In this document: positions 56,106 through 64,000 of the stretch, piece after piece
How the letters are laid out: each line of letters begins with the position of its first letter
Numbering within the stretch: the stretch's first letter is position 1
DNA from: Conidiobolus incongruus B7586
Taxonomy: Eukaryota
Assembly: GCA_000697335.1 (NCBI GenBank)
Contig: JNEM01013820.1
Span: 1-64,000 of the forward strand
Reading direction: 5' to 3'
Length of the DNA stretch: 64,000 nucleotides
Notes under the pieces: generated by a model
Seen by the model: only the letters and a program-made list of their open reading frames with translations
What the model was told of the DNA's origin: nothing
The model's database searches: none
Made by a program: the position numbers and the translations under genes

Positions 56106-56446
56106 TGTGGTTTTATAGATAGTAAACCGCCCGATCATCTTTGCCTCATCATCTATTTCCTTATGATGATGTTACCTCAGAAGGCAAATTACTCTAAAGG
56201 TTTCATTCTCTAGAAGGCCTATCTCACCTCTAGACACTATCTTTAGCCAACGATTATACTATAAAAGAATTGATGCCATAAGTTTGACCATAGGAGGACA
56301 GTGGTCCGCTCACAAGATAATAATATCCTTTTATCTTCTAAATAAAGCCTTTGATTTAGTACTGTCACTTACTAACAGTAGCTTACCTGCCTCAGCTACT
56401 TATTTTATACATTGCTAGTAACTGGCATTGTAATAACATAATCACA
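56106..56446 (+). mobile_element. Candidate solo LTR (341 bp)
   Basis: GC-richer island bounded by TGTGGTT...AATCACA (TG..CA, 6/7 inverted match) with internal TATAAAA (~56259) and AATAAA (~56341). No target-site duplication visible. Confidence 0.55.
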
Positions 56447-59340
56447 AGGTACCAAATATAAGTAACAAATTTAAATGAACTTATCATATTTATATTCATT
56501 AAAAATATATTTAAATGAACCATATTATATAAATATTTTATTATATACATGATTCAATTTTAATTAGTTTTTAAAATGATATCTTTTATTAGGAATTTTA
56601 ATTAATTTTAAAGAATTTTCAAATATTATAAGTTAAAATTATAGATTTATAAAAGGTATGATTCAAGATTAACTGATTGGCATTATAAAATATTATGCAG
56701 AGATATACCTAATAATTCATTATTAAAATAGATCTTTGACTAAGATATATTTAGCAATCAATGAGAGTGTAGTATTATCTAATGATATGAGGGATTGTTA
56801 TAGTATTATTAATATTTTCAAATCAATACAAACAATTATGTAATTAAAAATTAAATTTTAAATTTAATAATTTAAATATTATAGATAATTTATCAATTTC
56901 TCCGAAAGATTAAAATTGTTCAAAATTTCAATTATAAAATTAGAAATTAAATTGAAATTACAGGCATAATTTAATTTGAAATATAAATGTCATTTTAATA
57001 AATGGTTGATTCAGGTTAAAAGTATAAAATCCGAATAGGTAATTAACATTTTTGAGGTGTATTTGATTAGGATTTATCATTTTAATTATTCCAAAAAAAT
57101 CATTTCAGAAAATTATGAACTCTAGAATTCAAGGTTTAATCGGATAAGGGCGTTGAATTCTTGATTATTATTTCATAGTAAATATAAGTATAATTGGTAT
57201 GTAATTGAATAACTAATATTGTTTCATATTTTAATAGCATTGAAATTATTTTTCCAACTTTATACTTTACAATTCGCATATGCTATTAAAATGATTAATA
57301 AATTTATTCATATAAACATTGCTCTTGTTTATTTCAAGAAAGTATATAATATCCTCTATACATCATTAAAGTAATTTTTAAATACTATAATTTGGGTTTA
57401 ATTCCACTATTGAGTAATGACACAACTAGAATATCAAATTTTAAGTAATTTTGATTTTTATTAAAATTTATTACTATACTTTTAATAATTAATATTAAAA
57501 ATTTTGAATATTTTAATTTTTTCTAATTCACTTATTAATATTATTAAAAAGTATATAATTTCAAAGCTATAATTCACATATTGATCAGTATATTTTTAGT
57601 TATATTATACTGTGATATATTGATACACTAAATTTATATAATAATCCTTATCAAAATAAAACCTTAATTTTGTTAATCAATCAAATCAATCTAAAAAATG
57701 TACTTGATTTTATATCAATAAAGACATATATAAACTTCATTGATATTATATTTTAAATGCTTATAAAAGTTTAATTTAAAAAGTACAATAGAAAGAATAG
57801 ATACGAACCAGGAATATTTTTGGTTATATTAATTGATACTTTGTTACATATAATAACTCATAAACCCCCCATCCACATAAAAATTTGAATTAAATTTTAA
57901 TACTAATATATTATCAAATGATATTTGTCACAAGTATTTCAAACTCTAATTATTACATTTAAATTTATAAATATAAGTATCACTTTTATCATATATTAAT
58001 ACCTGATATTATAATATTATTTTTTGCAGAAATAGAATCAAGCAGTCTATATTTAATCTAATTAATTCAAAATTTTGTTTATTAAATATAAATCAAAATT
58101 CACTCAAAATTAATCAATTATTCTCATTTATATTATTTTGATATTTTATTATAATTTTTTAAATGATTTTAATATATTATCTCACTTATAATAACAAAAT
58201 ATAAAACTTTTCTTTAATAATATTTATGATTACTAATATCATACTTATTATTCATATCTTGATTTTTTTAAAGATACACCGATCATCGTTTTTAATATTA
58301 TAATTGATTTCAGATCATACAAATTATAATAATCAAGTTAAAGTGAATTTATATTTTCTATAAATTTCTAGTAGTTTAATAGTATATTAAATGTTTAATG
58401 ATATACAAATAATACAAAGCATTAAATTAAAAAAAATAATATTTAAATTAAATTTTTCATATATTAATAGTAATTTAGTTAATAAAAAAATTTTTTTAAT
58501 GTTATATATTGAAAAGAAATGATAAAACTACAATTAAAATATGGTTTGAATCAATAATATCAAGTAATATTTACTAAGATAACTGCATAAATATAACTTA
58601 ATTAAGATATTTTACCTTTGTATTTAATAGAATCAACAGTATTATACAAATACAAAATTTCAAAAAAAAAATAATTTAAGTTTTGATTGTTATACTTTTT
58701 AAGAATCTCTTTAGTTTACGGATATGACATCTATATCAAACATTTAAAAGTTTATCTTGTGAAATGATAGTTTTCATTATGATCTTCATACATTATTAAA
58801 TCAAATACATATATTAATTCTAACTTTGACTTAAGTTTGATTATGTCAAGTCGAATAAAATCAAATACAAAAATTAATGCATCTTGAAATAACATACTAA
58901 CAATAACTAATAGATATAATGATATTTGAAATTATACAATGTATTGATTTGAAATATAATTTAAATCATTAAATCTATTTGATCAATGTACCTATAAATA
59001 TAGAATTTTATCTGTGTTAGATTGAATAATTATTATATTAAAAATGATATCTTTAAGATAAAAAAATTCAAATATAAAATCATAAATTTGATAAAAAAAA
59101 ATCTTTCAATAAATAAATAAAATATTTATAATGATACCTTGAAAAAAATCATATGTACAAAATTACTGAATTCATCATATAGCGAAACCCGTGGTAATAT
59201 AAGTGGATATTACGAGTATATAAAGTTATCACAAATATTGATACAAAAATTTCAAATTAATCAAATGTTCAAATTGAAATCAGATGCTCCTAAAATTTAA
59301 TTAAAATTGAATATAATTTTTGTTTAGTTAATAAAATTGA

Positions 59341-59817
59341 TTAATAAAAGATAGGGTTCTTCTTTTCATGAATGGGTTCCAAATGTTCAGGAGCATCAGG
59401 AATAGTTTTAGTGAGGTTAAAAGCCTTCAAAACACAGCTATTAAATTTACGCTCAGCAGGTCTACAGTAATAAAATTCCATATTGTTCTTATCTAAACAC
59501 TTCCAGTGTTCTTCGTATTCGGGACCACACTTTTCTTTTAATTTGGCGAGAAAATCGGTCGCACAGCGAGTAACGCGGCGGCCTTCTTTTAATGAGTGAG
59601 CTGGATCGGGATTTTCAGCTTTGCTCAACATGAAATCTTCAAAGTAGGGACGGCAGTATTCGCCCAAGAAAAAGGAAGCTGAGAGAAGGGGAGCGGAAGT
59701 GGCACCAACTTCATCAACGTGAGGGATGGTATTTGGCATAGGAGTAGGATCGACATGTTTGCCTTCAATACGGAAATCATAGGCTGAGGTACCGTGAGGA
59801 GAACTACCTGCTGACAT
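59341..59817 (-). CDS. NDUFA8: NADH:ubiquinone oxidoreductase subunit NDUFA8 (fungal 20.8 kDa subunit)
   Basis: IPHVDEVGATSAPLLSASFFLG, LKEGRRVTRCA, HWKCLDKNN, CRPAERKFNSCV; CX9C spacing. Confidence 0.93.
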   Translation of the reverse strand: MSAGSSPHGTSAYDFRIEGKHVDPTPMPNTIPHVDEVGATSAPLLSASFFLGEYCRPYFEDFMLSKAENPDPAHSLKEGRRVTRCATDFLAKLKEKCGPEYEEHWKCLDKNNMEFYYCRPAERKFNSCVLKAFNLTKTIPDAPEHLEPIHEKKNPIFY

Positions 59818-60234
59818 TTTTAATTAATCTATATAATTTATTTCATGATTAATAAATTATTATGATTTATTATATTGTAAAAATTAATTACTTTAATAAT
59901 TTAATTTAATCTCACTTGACTTTTATTTTTACAAATATAATTAAATATAAATATGGAATGAATTCTTATTAAAATTTGTGGGATTTGAGTTTAATCCATT
60001 TATCAATTTGATTTGTTTGATTGATAAGATTGATCAAATTCTGAATACATTTAAAGTTGAACATTTAATAGAATATTCACATCAAATAAAATGAAAGCAA
60101 CTCTACTATATGCGAATTAATAATCCATATTAAACTTCAATAATTTCATATTGTATATTTATTATTATGTTAGGTTGAGAATGAAATAATGATCATTTTA
60201 GAACTTTTATTATGAATTGAATTCTAAGTATATT

Positions 60235-60236
<2 letters not shown>

Positions 60237-60276
<40 letters not shown>
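60237..60276. repeat. (AT)n microsatellite
   Basis: About 20 uninterrupted AT units. Confidence 0.9.
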
Positions 60277-60281
<5 letters not shown>

Positions 60282-62299
60282 ATCCAATAGCCTTCATAAT
60301 TGAAAACTAATTCAGCCCATACTTTGTGAAAATATCTGAATCCAATATTCTACTTTTTTATTTAAGTTATATAATTTAACTTTCAATTAATATCAGTTAA
60401 TTTTATAGCTTTTGACAATTAAAATACTTTTTCTATAATCCTAAAATAATGTTAGTAAAAATGATCATGATCAGGAGAATATTATAAACGTGATAGCCTT
60501 GACTACTTTTCAATTAATAGGTTTTTAACTAGTTTAGAGTTATGGTTACTTATATTACCATGCAAAATTATTGGCTTTTCAATTTAATATTAATTACCTT
60601 GAAATATAATACCTCAGAATCAAAAAAAGATAAATTTTTCAATCACATTATTAGTCTCAGAAAAAAAACATATATAGATATATATAATGTTTTTTTTCTT
60701 TAAAAATTTACTTTTGAAAATTTATTGTTTAATTTAATCATACTTAAATTAAAAAGTGATTTTCAAAAATTTTTATTTTAATATGAATAAAACTTAACCA
60801 TAAACTTTTTAAAATTATTTAAGATTTATAAATAATATTTAAAAGTAGTACTTTATTTAAATTAACTGTTTATCATTAGATTAATTACTTTAAAGTCAAA
60901 ACAAAAACTATTTAAAACTTGTTAAATTTTTTAATAAAAAATTAAATCAAGCTATCACTTATTTAATTATAATTAAAATAAACCAATATATTAAAAAACA
61001 CCAGATTATTTTGGTTAAAGAGTTACTAAAATATTTCTGTACTAGATATACAAGTGTTGTATTTCAAAATTAATTATCTCTTCTAGTTTGATAGCTAAAC
61101 CAATATTATTTCTATTTTAAGCTGACTTTGTCAGTCTATAATTAAAGGATACTCTTTGTTCTCTTTATTTTCTTTATTAGATTTTATCTAAATCCTATAT
61201 CATTCATTGATTCAATTATTTAAACCCAACAGTGATAAAGATAAAGAGGAAGTTTTTTTTTCTTTTGGATATTTTGCTACAACACCTCAACAGTAAGTTT
61301 TCAAACCTACAGTCCCAATATGTTAAAGAGCAGGATTAATAAATAATTTACTAAATTATATTTTGAGTATTTTTCTAACTACAATCTTTATTTATAAAAC
61401 TTAATATAAAACACAACACAAGTATATTATATATATTTAAGTTAAAATTTAAATTAATTAACAAAGTTATATAATAGTTATCTTATAATTTAACTGAAGA
61501 TTAAAAATAAGCTAAAGTAATTATAATTAAACAAAGCTTATCAAAGTATAAGTATTTATTAAAGCTTTTATAATAAATTTTTATAATTGATAAATAATAA
61601 ATCCTATTATATAATTCTATATTAAAATATAAATCAAAATGATAGGTCAAGATAAAATTATTAAGAGACTAGTTCTCTAAATTCTTATATACACTTTCAT
61701 ATAATCTAATTAACTATTAATTATATGATTAATTTATACTTCTATAGTTAAATTAATTGTATAAATAGTATTAAATCATTTAATAAACTAGGTTCTTTTT
61801 TTTTCTTCTCAATTCTTACTATTTTTTACTTTTACATTATTTCTAAGATTGAGACTATATTCTATTAATATTATAAGATATTAGCACTACCTAATATAAA
61901 TCTTAATATATTAGTGACTTATCCTAGTTTAAAGCTTAATTAAACTTTGTTTACACTTGCACATTATAGCTATATTATATTACTATATTCTATACCACAC
62001 TACTTTTATATTAAGTTTTCCTCTACACTATATTAGTTTAACTACCACTACACTTATATAATAACAGCAATAAAACTGTTAAAAACCTACTAGATATTAA
62101 TAACTATTTATATCAAACTTAATTATTGCTATTTTAAATTTTATCTATAATTTATTTCATTTAAGTTTAATACTATATATTATAATACTACTAAAAAAAA
62201 ATACCTTTATATTATTTTAATAATGATAATAATTTAATTACTAAGTAAATCTAAAACTTTAGTCTTTAAAAACTTACTACCCTCTAAGAAACTTATATT

Positions 62300-64000
62300 A
62301 GACAATTTTTGATAGAAAAAAATATGTCTTAAAGAGTTTAAATCTAACAAACCAGCTACTTTATTATAATTAATACATTAAACCACCTTTTTAGTGTTTT
62401 TAAAAACAAATTAACTACTTATAATAGCTTAAAAAACCTTTACAAGCTTGAAAACTACCTTAAAAATATAAAGAATTATTTTAATTTGATTCTTAATTAA
62501 AATTTAAAGAATATCTTTAAATTAGCTACTTTTTTTTTAGAAAAATTTGTTTATACTTGGTAATTAACTTATTATAAGTTTAATCCTAAAGAATTTTCAA
62601 GAGGATAACTTACTACAAAAATACAAACTTTTAAACAATTGGAAAAAGCTTTTAAAGAGAGGTATTACCTAAAAAATCAAGTTTAATTAACAAGAGAAAA
62701 GTTTTCCTAGCTTAAATAAAAAACTTCTACAAAATAATTAATTGAGAAATTTAATGAGATATTTTTAAATATATTAAATATTACTAAAGAAGAATAAATC
62801 TACAAACTATTATAATACCTTAACTTTTAAGTAAAGCTTTAATTAGTTAGTAAGGAACACTTTGATAATATGTTTTTTTCTAATATTTATGATATAGTAA
62901 TTATAATTGATGATATTTTTTACTTTATAACTAAATTTTCCTACCCTAAAAATTAATCTTTTAAACTTTACTTTAACCTACTTAAGTTTTAAATAATAGA
63001 TGTTTCTGCTTTAAAGCTTTATAAGAAAATCTTTAGTGAAGAAGCTAAAGCTTACTTGAAAATAAACAAAGGTTATTATTATTACTAAAGGACTTAAGTT
63101 AATTATAAAACTAACAAATACCTTTTAAAAAAGCAATATCTATTTAATTTTCAACAATCTTAACTTACCAACTATAAATTAAACTTGAATAATATTAATA
63201 TAATTTTAGAATCACCCCTTTTATAATTAGTTAGTAGATTTTAATCTAATCTACAAAAGTTTTAATGAACCAATGATTCTATAAATTAAACTATGTATAC
63301 TAAAGAAATCTAACTGATTAAACTATTAGAAACTAGAAATATTCTAGTAACTAATTTACCTTGTAATTTTTTACCTTTAACTATTACCCTATTGTTTGTG
63401 TTAACTAATTTTTTTATAGATATACTTGTTAGTGTTTTAATTAACTTTAGTTGTTTTAGTTGTATTATTTCTTTTTTTATTATTGTAAAGCTATCTTTAC
63501 CTACTTAAAAAAGTAACTTAATAATTAAATATACTAACAACTTAATAGAACAAACATCTAGTATTGTATTTAAATACTTATCACTACTTCTTAACTACTC
63601 TTAATATATTAAATTCCTAGTTAACAACATTAGTTATAATTTTATACTAGGTTAAAATTAGTTTGAATATCACAATTTTATATCTATAGATATTACCCTA
63701 GAAGGTTACAAATTTATTTTTTTCAGATTCTAAAAGAAATTAGTAGAATTAATCTTAAAAAATCTATATTACCCTACTATAAAACTATTAAATACTTTAC
63801 TTAACACTAACTCTATAATTGTAGCAAATAATTTTATTATTATAAGTAAAAATTAATATAAAAAGCTAATTAAAAACTTAAATAATTTATAGGGATATAT
63901 ATTTGTTTATTATTCATCTATTAACACTTTATCTATTGATTTTAATAAAGTTATATCTAATAACCACTTCTTATACAATATAGTGAGTTAATTTGCTAAT
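62300..64000 (+). mobile_element. Hypermutated Ty3/gypsy-like LTR retrotransposon relic (gag Zn-knuckle plus aspartic protease); left boundary uncertain, continues past the window end
   Basis: SEEAKAYLKINKGYYYY*RT*VNYKTNKY (~63035-63121; decayed CCHC-like knuckle), VSVLINFSCFSCIIS (~63428-63472; ALIDSG-like), ILG*N*FEYHN (~63644-63676; ILGxxW-like), in gag-protease order. Confidence 0.6.

Overview
Very AT-rich eukaryotic DNA with short (~45-60 nt) spliceosomal introns. Gene content and style fit an early-diverging fungus, possibly Entomophthoromycotina/Conidiobolus-like (inference, not verified). Genes I can support: an unusual P5-type ATPase with a signal peptide and Cys-rich ectodomain, a Zn2Cys6 factor, RVB1, a SEC3 homologue, an Ssr4-like SWI/SNF-RSC subunit, a p24/ERV25-like protein, a secreted Pro/Tyr/Asn-rich low-complexity protein, mitochondrial ferredoxin, a PPR-like protein, ATG17, PUS1, an HSF-type factor and complex I subunit NDUFA8. 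The intergenic DNA holds decayed local duplicates of SEC3 and PUS1, two degenerate mariner elements, LTR-like remnants and a Ty3/gypsy gag-protease relic heavily altered by C>T/G>A changes. The most interesting signals are: (1) a PUS1 intron best explained as a structured AT-AC intron, whose AC acceptor is kept in the paralogous pseudogene; (2) non-GT donors in the better-preserved SEC3 copy; (3) an apparently perfect inverted repeat of at least 432 bp bracketing the P5 ATPase; (4) RIP-like erosion of repeats. All exon boundaries were read by eye and family comparisons are from memory; no searches were run.
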